In this document: one piece after another, positions 51,075 to 63,649 of the stretch | How the letters are laid out: the number at the start of each line of letters is the position of its first letter | How positions within the stretch are numbered: position 1 is the stretch's first letter | The notes under the pieces: generated by a model | The model's input: the letters and a program-made list of their open reading frames with translations, nothing else | Databases searched by the model: none | What the model was told of the DNA's origin: nothing | From: Anthoceros angustus | Taxonomy: Eukaryota; Plantae; Anthocerotophyta | Assembly (NCBI GenBank): GCA_010909165.1 | Contig: VJWM01000044.1 | Location: 1,798,001-1,862,000, forward strand | DNA length: 64,000 nucleotides | Direction of reading: 5' to 3' | Made by a program: the position numbers and the translations under genes

Positions 51075-51430
51075 GGTGAACAAGTGCATGCACCACGGGC
51101 AGAAGTGCGCACAAGCGCGCTGTGCACGGGCAAGGGGCGGGTGTGCACACTAGGGGGCAAGGAGGGCCGAGTGCGCGCACTTTGCGCGCACTGGGCAGGA
51201 TGCCCGGTGCGCGCGACTGTGCGCCCACCCGGGGGCAAGGAGGCCCAAGTGTGCACACAAGTGCGTGCACCCAAGGTCAAGAATACTGGGAGCATGAACC
51301 CAAATGGTTCATGCCTCCTAGTGCATTCCTAGTTCATCCAAAAGAAAAAAGAGCAAAAGTCTAAAACCCTAAAATCCTTAAAAATTACAAAAAATTCCAG
51401 GTTTTTGATGCAAGTGCGCGCACTTGCTCT
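51075..51430. repeat. Cluster of palindromic GTGCGCGCAC-type motifs, probably DNA-transposon subterminal sequence
   Basis: Many GTGCGCAC/GTGCACAC/GTGCGCGCAC copies, with another near 51900. Confidence 0.5.
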
Positions 51431-52644
51431 AAAATTTTGATAAATTTTTGCATTATTTGGTATTTGTTTTGATATTTTTGTTGTTTTAAAGGGTTCCTTT
51501 CGACGTTTTCAACCTTTTTTGTGCAGCACTCTAATGTGGATATGTTCTTATCTTTGCTTAAACCTTCATCTTTTTTCTAGTGGTTAAAACTTTGAACTAG
51601 TAGTGAGAACCTTTTGCATCTTTTGAATCTTGAGAAGTTTGGCGTCTTTAAGTCACTATGCCACTCTCATTCTCGCACTAGACGTGGATCAAGAGCATCA
51701 GGCCAAAGAAGATATTATTGTCCCAATGTCTAAGGAACAAAGTCCTGTAAATTTCTCGGAGCGAGAGTATAGTCATAGGATTAACTAGTATGAATGAAAG
51801 TTTGCGCACCAAAATTATAGCAGGCCCTAAAAACTCTAAATGTTTGTATACGTCCAACACGTGGCAATGATTGCCAGATGTTGGAGACTGTTTCGATGTA
51901 AGTGCGCGCGTAAGTTTGCGCGCGAATTTTGTGTCCAGTTTGAAAAAAAAGCCGAACGAGAATGGGACTTTAGGTTTTTGCCATGTACTTGCAATCTACA
52001 ATCTCAAATAACGTGTATCAAAACAATTATTTTAAAGGTTGCGAGTAACATGTCTGTAGAGAAATATCAAAAAGCCTGATTATAGTGCGGATTTTTTCAA
52101 GTGCAAAAAGGGGTCCGGCCAAGTCCGTGTGCAAAAAGGGGTTTCAGGAGAATCCCCTTTCTAAAGGGACGCTGTTAGAGTACATTATAGAGGAATCATA
52201 AGGGGGAAGAGATTGCCTAAGAGGAGGAGTGGATAGCATCATACTTGACAAAAAATAATAAAATAATCTATCCATAATTATTTAACTACCAAAATTATAA
52301 TCAAAATCATAAATTAATTAAATACCTATCTAAAACTACATAAACAGAGGAGAATTCCACCGAGAACCTCACAAAACAACAATACAACCCGAAAGACATA
52401 GAACAATAACAGAACATGAGAGTATGAGCATATGGAGAGTGTGTCCCCTTTTATAGGTGGCAATTGAATTATAGGCAAAGCGATTATGTATTAGACATAC
52501 CGGGTTTTCCATCAGCGAGACCGGGTCCGGACTGAAAACACCGGCGTCCCATCCCGTGTTTTTGGGCCCATCATAAATGATGGACAGCGACCGAGGACTG
52601 CGCCTTCCCGTTCGGAAGGCGCTTAGGGGCTCCGAAACCGCAGC

Positions 52645-52763
52645 CATTCCGTATTTAGCCAGTTTTAAGTGCATTGATGAAGACTGTGAAGGCGCCTTCC
52701 GTCTTTGTCGTTTACGCTGTGAAAGGCCCTTGAAGGTCGCCGGTTCGAATCCGGGCGGGATCA
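52645..52763 (+). pseudogene. Degenerate tRNA-like sequence (clear variable loop and T-arm/B-box; 5' half degenerate)
   Basis: AGGTCGCCGGTTCGAATCCGGGCGGGATCA; CATTCCG can pair with CGGGATC with one mismatch; a T run follows at ~52789-52796. Confidence 0.5.
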
Positions 52764-52990
52764 TAACGTGGCGCTGGAGTGCCTACTTCTTTTTTTCACC
52801 TCAGGGCACATGGCAACGCTGATTAGGGAAATGGCTGGAAACAACGGTGTTTGGGAGACCCGTGAGACGAGGTCCAGTCAAGTAAGAACAAAGGACGCCA
52901 TGAGTAACCACCATGGCCCCCGATGGCATGGGCCATTGAAGCTTCCCAATCGGGCCATTGAAGCTTCCTAATCGGACCATTGAAGCTTCT

Positions 52991-53430
52991 TACTTTACTT
53001 TATATGCATGTGAACCCGCACGAGGCAGTCCGGCACCCAACATACCAGGGATGACATCAAGTACATAGCCTCAAGGGCGAGTAGTTGTAAGCATCATGGG
53101 AAATTCCATCTACCCCGAGGTAAAAGGGGACAACCCACGACGGGGCACCAGGCCAAGGAGGGCATGCCCCCACACTAATCTACCCTATAACCCCCAACCG
53201 CCCCCAAGATGTCGCCGTCCGAGATAGGGAAGGGCCTACTTACCGCTGGTGCCGCCGATGCCGCGTCTCCATCACTCGTGATCGTCCTAAAGATGGCGCT
53301 GGCCAACGCCCTTTGCAGGGCGATGGAAACCCGTTGCCTGAGATATACCACGACACTGGAAAGGGGGAGGCCAACCCCGCCCCTGTAGAGGCCTATGAGA
53401 GCATGTAAGAGATTTACCTCTTCCTTAGAT
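52991..53430 (-). mobile_element. 3' fragment of a non-LTR retrotransposon, CRE/REL-endonuclease-like
   Basis: YLRQRVSIALQRALASAI resembles the QRLSxALQRxxA C-terminal motif of these elements; followed by a short UTR and an AAGTA-like tail. Confidence 0.55.
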
Positions 53431-54405
53431 GTTGATGATGAAGATGACGAAGAGGAAGATTCCCAGCTAGCTCCACCTTGCAAAGTAGAGCAACTAGTGA
53501 TGCCCGAGCGCTCTTTCTCCCACGTCTTGTACTAGTGGGTGTCGCATCACCTACCTTCGACCACAGATTTTTCGAGTCGACCTTAGCAGCAATAAAAGAT
53601 GAAAATATTTTTTTACTGAGGTTAATATTTTATTTCTACTATGTACGAGTTTCAATTCGAGCCTGTGATTGAGAGATGTTGTAGTTGGTACATGCCACGT
53701 AAGCAACCATGGTTTAGTCCATGAACCTATCTTGGGCAAAGTTGGTGTGGTTCTGTTTTAGTTTTGCCCAAAACTTGGGCCCAACCACACCCCAATCATG
53801 AATCCGTTCATGTCCTTTAAGACTGAAGATGTTTGGAACCATCCAGCCAAACTACACCAGTTACCAAAAGTGATAGAAGCGATGGTGAGAGGTCATCTTA
53901 AGCCTTTCCACCACTCTTGGATAATGACCAGAAATTCATAATTTCATACGTTTAGTTCCTTTTACGGTTTCTTAGCAACTTGAAGGCCCTCCAATAAACC
54001 TATCCCAAAGCCTGCGGACAAAGCCTCAAGCGAAATTGAGGGAGGACTTTCACTCGTTGTAAAAGATAAAACCACCTAGATTGTCCTTCAGATCTTCCTA
54101 GCGCGGGCCTTCGCTATAAAGATAGTAAGGACTCACAGGACTCGGGAATAATTTAAACTTGTGCCAAGGTGCTTATTTATTCAATTCTCCTCAACTTAGA
54201 ATCGGTGCGGAAAATGTTGGTTTTGGGGAGGAGCATCGGTCGTCTAGGACCACGGCTGGGGGAAAGATTGCCACCGGGATGCCGTCGGTTGAGAACAGTG
54301 TAAGGAGAAGCGCAGTAAAGCCTTGGACACAAATTGGAGGGCTGTGGGTTCCGAGTTACAAACAGGGAGGAGATTGGAGGAAGAGGTGTGCTACCCAGAG
54401 AAGAG

Positions 54406-57400
54406 ATGAGTGACGACACAGTGGATTTTGCGGTGCTATGCACCATGTTCGAGGCCGTAGTGCGCGCCAAAAAGGCCTCCATGAAGAAAAAGCACCTGCG
54501 GACGTTCCTAGACCATGTGTACACGCGTCAGGAGTACTTCAGTGCCATGCGGCTCATGCTTCCGGAGCTGGACAAGGATAGGGGAACATACGGCCTCAAA
54601 GAGGCAGTACTAGCTAAGTTCCTGGCTGAGGCGCTGGGCTTGGCTAAAGACTCGACGGATGCGCAGAAGCTGTTGAATTGGCGGAAGGGAGGCAGTAAAG
54701 CTGGAAGAAATGCAGGAAACTTCCCGATGATAGCAGCTGAGGTATGCTGCCTGGTGGAAGAATAATTGAAGTCGTTTTTGCAAACTTGGGGATTGCAGTT
54801 ACAAGAATTCTTACTTTGTCCTTGTTCAGGTGCTTTATCAAAGGCAATCATCCGTCTCGCATGGACTGAAAATCCGAGAGGTTAATAATCTTCTAGACAG
54901 ACTAAGTGCAGCCCAGAGCAGGCATACAACAGTTTCCAAAACGCCCGTGTTCTGGTTCGATCAATTTTCTTTTCCGGGTCTGGTGCGTGGTTGTTGTGGT
55001 TTCATCAAGCTCTCTTTGCTGGAACAGAGAAGAAAGAACTGCCACACTAGCGGAGGTTATCATTAAGACAAATACGTTGGAGATGAGGTGGATTATTATG
55101 ATCATTCTCAAAGGTAGTTAGCAAGGTAGTGAACCTTAAGTGGGACAATCTCGGGTTTGACGTGAAACATGGTCCATGTGAGCTCCCTGCTTTGTTGTGT
55201 TCTTCTGTGCAGATCTTAAACTTGGGGTGAGTGAGAAAACTATTTTCGCGGAGTTCCATCCTGATGCCGAGGATCTTTTCAACGTAACCTGCGACCTTAA
55301 GCTGGTTTGTGATAAGCTGAAGGATCGTAGCAGGAGGGTCAAAAGACAGGTTGGTGTCCTGAAGCTGGTTCAGGCTGATGGCTACACTTTTAGGCTTTAG
55401 CTGAAATTCAGCACGTTTTCAGGAGATAGAAGTGGGCAAAGCTGTGAGACCTCAATTGGCAGCCAGGGTGGCCGACGTCGAGTCAGCATGGAAGAAGGTG
55501 GAAGCTCGTTGAAGTCTACTATCACTTTGCAGAATACTGAGACCAACTTGGCTCCTTCACTCTATGTTGTTGTTTTCATCAGCTGCGAGGTAAACGAATA
55601 GTTGCAGAATGCAAGCTGGATGGGGATCGTATCCAAGTGCATAGAAGTGGCTCTGAGCTTCATTTCTTCTCAAGGTACTCACATGAAATCCTTTTCCTTG
55701 AGCACCATGCTTTGACTTCATAAATGCTTGATTAGGCTGCATAGTTTAGAATATGAGGGCCAGGGGTTCAGGGTACTTCGTTCCACACACTTCACATAAA
55801 ATTAATTGCTGTATGGTGGGTGCTATGGAATTTCCCAAGTTTGAATGAACTTTACACTTACGAGGCAATCTTTTGCAGGAGCTTCATTGACCATGATCAG
55901 TATCAAGATGCAATAGCTGGAGTCATGCGTGAGGGTATCGTCTCAGAGAAGTCAGTACAAGCATAGAGCCGCTTGTTGTCTAGTTTCATGCAGGTCGTAA
56001 ATTCTTTGTTGGTCTGATGTCAGGTGTATCCTGGATGGTGAAATGCTTGTCTGGAACCGTGTCACAAACCGCTTCTCAGAATTTGGTACCAACAGGGGAA
56101 TTGGTGAGACTCGTTTTCTTAAAATTGTATAGTGAGAGATGTGTACAATTTATGTGCTACCCTCTTTCTTTGTTTGGACTTCGGACAATGCTCAAGTGCT
56201 TTTCCGTTTCAAATTTTCAGCCAAAGCTACCAAGGATGGCCTTGAAGGTGACGAGCAGGTATATTTTGTAAAGCTGGAATTATTTCTTCATTTTCGTGCA
56301 AGAATGTAGAAGAAGTTCGATTGTGAAAGCAATGTTTGATAATTTCCTTGTGTCTTGCAGCTGTGCTGTATCCTATACTTTCAGCAACTTACTTTCATTC
56401 AGATGTTGAACAAGACATCATTGCTATCAGCAATGACAGGAGCATGATCAAGGACAACTTGTTCATCCTTCAACAAGCCAAACAGACGTTGCATTTGACA
56501 TTCTGTATGAAGGAGACGGCAGTGTCATTCATCAGAGCTTGGCAGAGCGTCACAAGCTCCTGCGCAAGGCGGTGCATCCAGTCAAGGGACGCCTGGAGCT
56601 CTTGTTGCCAAGTGATGATTTGAACTCGAGTCTAAAGTCTGGTGTGGATCTGCTTCTCAACATTGGCTAGTGGCTGTTTCCCACTTTCGTTTGACACCTT
56701 ACTACTATTCCATATGACAAATCAGATCTTTGCCGTATATGGATTTGACTTGTGTAGGTGGGCCACCATGGAGTATCCTTGTAAATAGTATGCAAGAGGC
56801 AGAGCAATTCTTCCTTCAAACTGTGGAGAACAGGTGTGCCACCATTCTATGAAATCCGCTGCATTGTAGACATTGAAATGAGTTGCGCAAGCTGGTGTAA
56901 GATTGTGGAACTAAATTATGCAATCTATGGCCGAAATTTTGTAGGGATGAAGGAGTGGTTCTAAAGGACTTGGACTCAAAATGGGAGCCAAGTGATCGCA
57001 GTGGGAAGTGGTTAAAACTTAAACCAGATTACATCAACACAGGATCTGACCTGGATGTGCTGATTATCGGTATGACTAATCATGACTTGCCCAAGTCACG
57101 TCTAAACAATCTGGATGAGTGCCTGGCGCGTTATCCTGCTGCTGTCTATGTTATGTTGATGTTGTGTTCATCTGTGAAATGCAGGCGGCTATTTTGGTTC
57201 AGGAAGGAAAGGGGGCGAGGTAGTGTCTGATAGATGTGAAAATTCGAATTGCTTAACAGTGGCCACTTGTTGTAACTTGGCAAACTCTTTGACATTTGCA
57301 TCATTTGTTTGAACCAGGTGGGCCAATTCTTGCTTGGCCTTGCAGATAAGTCTCAGTCTTCAGACTACCCAACAAGGTTAGACTCCTGTTTCATAATGAC

Positions 57401-60400
57401 CAGGAAGGAGACCAGATCTAACGCCGCAGGTTCTGCAGGTTTCTTTCGTTCTGTAAAGTGGGATCAGGCTTGTCAGACGAGGAGACACAAATGCTTGTCA
57501 CTAAACTCAAGCCTTATTTCAGGTTTCTTTCTTTTCTAAGAGACTGGTTTTGGGTTTTATACCAAGCTAGGTAATGTAGTATTTCATCAAACTTTCGTCG
57601 TCCCTCCAACAACAGGCCTTATGACAAGAATTGTAAGCCTCCAAGTTGTTATGTCGTGACAAACAACGCAAAGGAACGTCCAGACGTATGGATTGAGCCA
57701 CCTGAAAAGTATGCATAAATTGAGAGCTGTTGCTGGATGTTGCAGACCATGTGATTCTCATGTGCATCTCTGTGCAACATGGCCTAATCCACTCCTGCAG
57801 GTCTGTCATTTTAGCCATCACAAGTGATATTCGGACTATCAAAACAGAAGTAAGCTTATGGAGTTTCACTTCTGTTGTGCAAAGTTGGGCCAGAATTGTG
57901 GAATGGTGGGCAGATTCTGTGCTGTTTGCCCTTGATTAGTACTGACATGGGCATAACAGGTTTTTGCAGCTCCTTATAGCCTCCGGTTCCCTCGGGTGGA
58001 TAGTGTCCGTTTTGATAAGCCTTGGTATGACTGCCTTGACTTGCAAAGTAGGTCCCCTGTCCAATTTTTTGTTTGCATCTTTTGCTTCAGGCTACGAGTG
58101 CTCATGTTAGTTGAGTGTGAAAACAGGTCTTGATAATTGGGTTACTATCTTGTTTGCAGCTCTAATTGAAATAGTTCATTCTGGAAGTGGAAGCACAGTT
58201 GATGCCGTCCAATATGGTGATGGCAAGCGAAAAGAAAAGAGTCTTAGGCAAGCCAGGCAGAAAGCTGAACCAAGGGCGCTTTTGCCTTCTCACATTCTCG
58301 TGACGGATGTGTCTAAAGTGAAGGAAACAAGTAAAATCTTCAAAGATATGATGTTCTGTATCCTTTCATGTAGCAAACTGTGATACTCAATTGTGTAGGT
58401 GTTGCAATGTGCATCGTTCCTCTTGTCATGGTCCTTGACAGTTGGATTAGATTTTGTGAACTTTTCACCAGATTACTCAAAAGAGACTCTCCACAAGCTG
58501 GTCGTTGAAAACGGGGGCTCCTTTTCCATGAACCTGGCTAGTGGCGTTACTCACATTATTGCGGCTGATAAAAAGGGTTTGTATCCTAGTGCTAGCTTTC
58601 TTTGGTGCTGTTTTAGGCTCCTTTTGTGTTGAGCTCACTTTTTTGTTCCGGCTGTGCTGCAGGCATAAAATACCAAGCTGCACAGAAGCAGGAGATGTAA
58701 TTAGTTGTGAGTGGGTACTTGCGTGTGCAGCAGAAAGCCTGGTACCTTTGACACCCAAGTATGTTGCTATATTTATGCTTTTATATACACAATATCCGCT
58801 GGAGCTGTTTGTGCATAGTAATTTAGACTTAACATTTTTGCAGATATTTACTGCATCTTTCCAGTAGGACAAAGGAGAAGACTGGAGCAGACGTTGATGA
58901 GTTTGGTGACTTCTACTTTAAGGATGTTGACGTAACAGATATCCAGCAGGTACATACACAATTTTTTCAGAGTCGTATGTAAGTGTGTGACTCCTCTGTC
59001 GCTTCAATTTATACCTTGTTTTCATACCCACAGCTTTTTGACAACATGGATTCCAAAAAGCTGGAAGTGGAAAAGGACGAGTTATCTGCATGCAAAGAAA
59101 TCTGCTGTTCAAGTAACAACTGGTGCACATTTCGTGGCTGCAAAATATACTTCCTGCCACCTGGACTGCCTATGTGAGTATCAAATGTAGAATGTGCTTG
59201 TATGTATTCGGTCAGATGTATGTGGAGTGCACATATCACGACATGGCTTTACGTTTGTCAGCAACTCATATGAGCTTAAGGTCGCCGAAATCACCTTAAG
59301 AAGGTTAAAGCTTGAGGTTTACATGCGAGGGAGAGGTGGACATCACACTGAAGGATGCTTCACATCTTATAGTGTACTCAACACCTGGATCAACGATGTC
59401 CGTTGAAAGGATATTTGAAAGGTGCGTTAAGAAACCTAGAGGTCAGCGCAGCCCATTGCATGGAATCAGACTTGTCAGGGTGCTTATATTCGGTTCAACT
59501 CAGTTTTGATGTAGGCACCCAGCACCTGTTGAGTTCGAAGAAGCTGCACGTTGTTAGTCATGAATGGCTGGAGAAAGCAATAACGATTTGTTCCCATCTT
59601 CCAGAAGCTGACTATGAACTGAGGTACAGTCTTGAAATTGTTTTTGGGGGAGTAGTGTGTGAGCCTGTTGACGACTACAAAATTCCTCACACCTGTTCTG
59701 ACTCTGTCGGAGCAGGAAAGCAACTCTATCAGCTCAGAGAGTAAAACAAAAGAGTCTTAGGCAAGCCAGGCAGAAGCTGAACCAAGGGCGCTTTTGCCTT
59801 CTCACATTCTCGTGACGGATGTGTCTAAAGTGAAGGAAACAAGTAAAATCTTCAAAGATATGATGTTCTGTATCCTTTCATGTAGCAAACTGTGATACTC
59901 AATTGTGTAGGTGTTGCAATGTGCATCGTTCCTCTTGTCATGGTCCTTGACAGTTGGATTAGATTTTGTGAACTTTTCACCAGATTACTCAAAGAGACTC
60001 TCCACAAGCTGGTCGTTGAAAACGGGGCTCCTTTTCCATGAACCTGGCTAGTGGCGTTACTCACATTATTGCGGCTGATAAAAAGGGTTTGTATCCTAGT
60101 GCTAGCTTTCTTTGGTGCTGTTTTAGGCTCCTTTTGTGTTGAGCTCACTTTTTTGTTCCGGCTGTGCTGCAGGCATAAAATACCAAGCTGCACAGAAGCA
60201 GGGAGATGTAATTAGTTGTGAGTGGGTACTTGCGTGTGCGGCAGAGAAAGCTCTGGTACCTTTGACACCCAAGTATGTTGCTATATTTATGCTTTTATAT
60301 ACACAATATCCGCTGGAGCTGTTTGTGCATAGTAATTTAGACTTAACATTTTTGCAGATATTTACTGCATCTTTCCAGTAGGACAAAGGAGAAGACTGGA

Positions 60401-62063
60401 GCAGACGTTGATGAGTTTGGTGACTTCTACTTTAAGGATGTTGACGTAACAGATATCCAGCAGGTACATACACAATTTTTTCAGAGTCGTATGTAAGTGT
60501 GTGACTCCTCTGTCGCTTCAATTTATACCTTGTTTTCATACCCACAGCTTTTTGACAACATGGATTCCAAAAAGCTGGAAGTGGAAAAGGACGAGTTATC
60601 TGCATGCAAAGAAATCTGCTGTTCAAGTAACAACTGGTGCACATTTCGTGGCTGCAAAATATACTTCCTGCCACCTGGACTGCCTATGTGAGTATCAAAT
60701 GTAGAATGTGCTTGTATGTATTCGGTCAGATGTATGTGGAGTGCACATATCACGACATGGCTTTACGTTTGTCAGCAACTCATATGAGCTTAAGGTCGCC
60801 GAAATCACCTTAAGAAGGTTAAAGCTTGAGGTTTACATGCGAGAGGGAGAGGTGGACATCACACTGAAGGATGCTTCACATCTTATAGTGTACTCAACAC
60901 CTGGATCAACGATGTCCGTTGAAAGGATATTTGAAAGGTGCGTTAAGAAACCTAGAGGTCAATAGCGCAGCCCATTGCATGGAATCAGACTTGTCAGGGT
61001 GCTTATATTCGGTTCAACTCAGTTTTGATGTAGGCACCCAGCACCTGTTGAGTTCGAAGAAGCTGCACGTTGTTAGTCATGAATGGCTGGAGAAAGCAAT
61101 AACGATTTGTTCCCATCTTCCAGAAGCTGACTATGAACTGAGGTACAGTCTTGAAATTGTTTTTGGGGGAGTAGTGTGTGAGCCTGTTGACGACTACAAA
61201 ATTCCTCACACCTGTTCTGACTCTGTCGGAGCAGGGAAAGCAACTCTATCAGCTCAGAGAGTAAAACAAAGAGTGCACAGACGCCACCTAGCCATGTCTT
61301 GGAGCAAGCAAGACTGCAGCAGAGCAAGGGGAAATTCCGAGGTAGGAGTCGTGAAGCCAGTCCGGAGGGTTGTGTATCGCCATTAGAAGACAGTAGAAAC
61401 AGTTCCAGAAGGCGGCTTTCCAAAAGACGCCTTGTCATGAATGAAGGTGCTGCACTCCAGCATTCCCCAGGCTGGGGACGGCCAACCTTATCCTCCACAG
61501 ACAAGAGAGCAAATGAAGAGGTTAGCCATGGTCCAGGAGGTGGGGCTTTGACTGTTGGATGTCCAGAGGATCAAAAACGACAAGGTGAGAGCACAGGTGA
61601 ACTTTACAGTCAATCTCACAAGCTTTTGGAAGATCGGATGAGAGCTGTTGGTTCTGGTGGAGCAGATGTTTGCAGCCAGGGAAACGGATCTGCAGAGGTT
61701 GACAATGTTGTGCAACCCAGGGAACTAGATAGTGGGAGGCATTGCAGTCCTCGCAAAGTGCAAACCCAGTTTGAGGGTCGGAGACATGACAAAACAGAGG
61801 AAGCAGGTCCTGGGACAAATAGAGTGGAGTCCAAGTGTGCTGAGAGAGCACTCCAGCTGGGTAGTATGGACCACAATACCCCACATGTAACGGCACTCAA
61901 GCCCGAAGGAGGACTGGAGAAACATGAAGAGGATGTGGTGGGGAAAGAACACATTCAGTCTGACAAAGACACTCCGCTTGCTGCAAAGCAAGGCCCAGCG
62001 GCTGCACGATTGGACCCTTTCGAAGCGATACTGAACGATCTCTATCCTTTTATGAGAGGATAA
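54406..62063 (+). CDS. LIG4: DNA ligase IV, multi-exon; the BRCT region 58235-59747 appears tandemly duplicated at 59748-61267
   Basis: [19 protein letters not shown]; motif [13 protein letters not shown]; CILDGEML; YVAFDILY; EGVVLK; KWLKLKPDY; YSLRFPR; BRCT segments ([15 protein letters not shown]). Confidence 0.95.
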
Positions 62064-62947
62064 CCATGGTGAAAACGGGAAAAATCATGGTGGGCAAAGC
62101 TTTCTTGTTAAATGCCTGGAGTGTAGGTACATAATAGCTTCTACAGGCGAGTCTTCATTTTATGCACCAGATTTCAGTTGATGCACCTGACAGACGCCAG
62201 AATATGGCTAACGGATTGCGATATTCAACTAAAGGCGTGGTGGCGTTGAACATGACATGTGCCCGCAGGTCTAGTCTGATAGTTCCACTCGCTTTTGCTA
62301 GCCTGATAATTCCTCTATTCCATACGCTTGCTCCAAACTGCGGAAGTGCCAAGACCCCTTTTCGTTTGTCGACAGAAAGACACTTTTCAATCCATCAAAA
62401 TGTTGCGATTTTCGAAAATGAGAATGGAGTCCTGTCATGCACCGGGGTTTTGCGGAATCATATCATGAGACAGCACATACCAGCTTGGCAGTCTGAGATG
62501 ACAAGGGATGCACCGATGCATACAATTCAAAGGACATGCAGGCCATACAAGAAACAAGATCGTTCGGACTTCCCACTTTGAAGTCGATCTGCCTCATAAG
62601 CTATTCAAAAACTAGGTTGAAGGCTGTTCGCTCAGTACAGCAAGAATAGATAGCTCACAAATAGAACGCCAGGTGCAACATAAAGTCTTTGTCACGGTGC
62701 CATTTCCCTGCCAAACAGGACTGAGTGTATGTTCCTTCCTAAGACAAATCGCGAAACCACTCCCAGAGCAAGACTACTGAAATCATGTTCTTGCAAGAAA
62801 CTATGAATAAATTTCACTCCACTATACCGGGAATCACAAAACCAGCACCACTGCGATCACAGCAAGACCAAGAGATCTGGAGGCTCGCGAGATCTTGCAC
62901 GTTATTCCGCAAATCTCCTCTGAATGGGCATGGGGAGCCCGCAGTGC

Positions 62948-63343
62948 CTATTTCGCACCACTTCTTTGACATCCGCCAAGGGCGCTGCAGCCCCTGACGT
63001 AGGGCCTGACAGGCCCAGTGGCCGAGCCACAAGACGGAGTATAGTAAGGGCGTCCACTCATGGGAACGCAGATCACCCTGTCCGCACTGAGGGCGCCGTA
63101 GCTCACAAACAGGGCCTGACCTGCCAGCATCCGCCGCGCACTCTCGGACTCCATCAAATCCTCGTCCTCGTCAAAGAAGCTCGAGTCCAACAAGTTGTCG
63201 TTTGCGGAAGGGAACTTGGACAGCCACCCAGCCGCATCACTCTCGAAGGCGGAAGCCGAAGCCTTCTGCACCCCGAAGCTCAGCGCAAGCACGCACACGG
63301 TCAGCAGCATTAAGACCAGTCCTACATGTCTTGTAGAAGCCAT
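62948..63343 (-). CDS. RALF: RALF (rapid alkalinization factor) peptide precursor
   Basis: Signal peptide, acidic pro-region, RRML site, FVSYGAL, four Cys (C..GRPYY..C; PYVRGCS...C); ATG at 63343. Confidence 0.93.
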   Translation of the reverse strand: MASTRHVGLVLMLLTVCVLALSFGVQKASASAFESDAAGWLSKFPSANDNLLDSSFFDEDEDLMESESARRMLAGQALFVSYGALSADRVICVPMSGRPYYTPSCGSATGPVRPYVRGCSALGGCQRSGAK

Positions 63344-63488
63344 TCTTGATCCCCAAACGCTCCAAACCATTCACGAGACGCAAAGTCGGCCGCGGGAGGG
63401 TGCTGTGATCTGTAAGGCAAGAAGGCTTTCGATCGGTTCCTCCCAGATCTGATGACTGTAAATCTTCCTACCAGAGTTACAGCAAAAA

Positions 63489-63564
63489 GTTAATATATCC
63501 CGGTCCATCCGGTTGTCCAGTTGGACTGCCGTGGTACATGCAGCGGACCGGGGCATATATTAAC
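63489..63564. repeat. Small inverted-repeat, MITE-like element upstream of RALF
   Basis: GTTAATATATCCCGGTCC ... GGACCGGGGCATATATTAAC. Confidence 0.6.
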
Positions 63565-63649
63565 CGGGACCATTAAGTTGTACATCCTTTTTGGGTGGGC
63601 GTAATGCACAAAGGCATGTTGTTGGCTACGAGTCAATCCCCTTGGCATC

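Noticed and set aside
52645-52763. Functional tRNA-His(GTG) or tmRNA
   Set aside because: The D-arm and anticodon stem do not fold canonically, and there is no tmRNA acceptor pairing.
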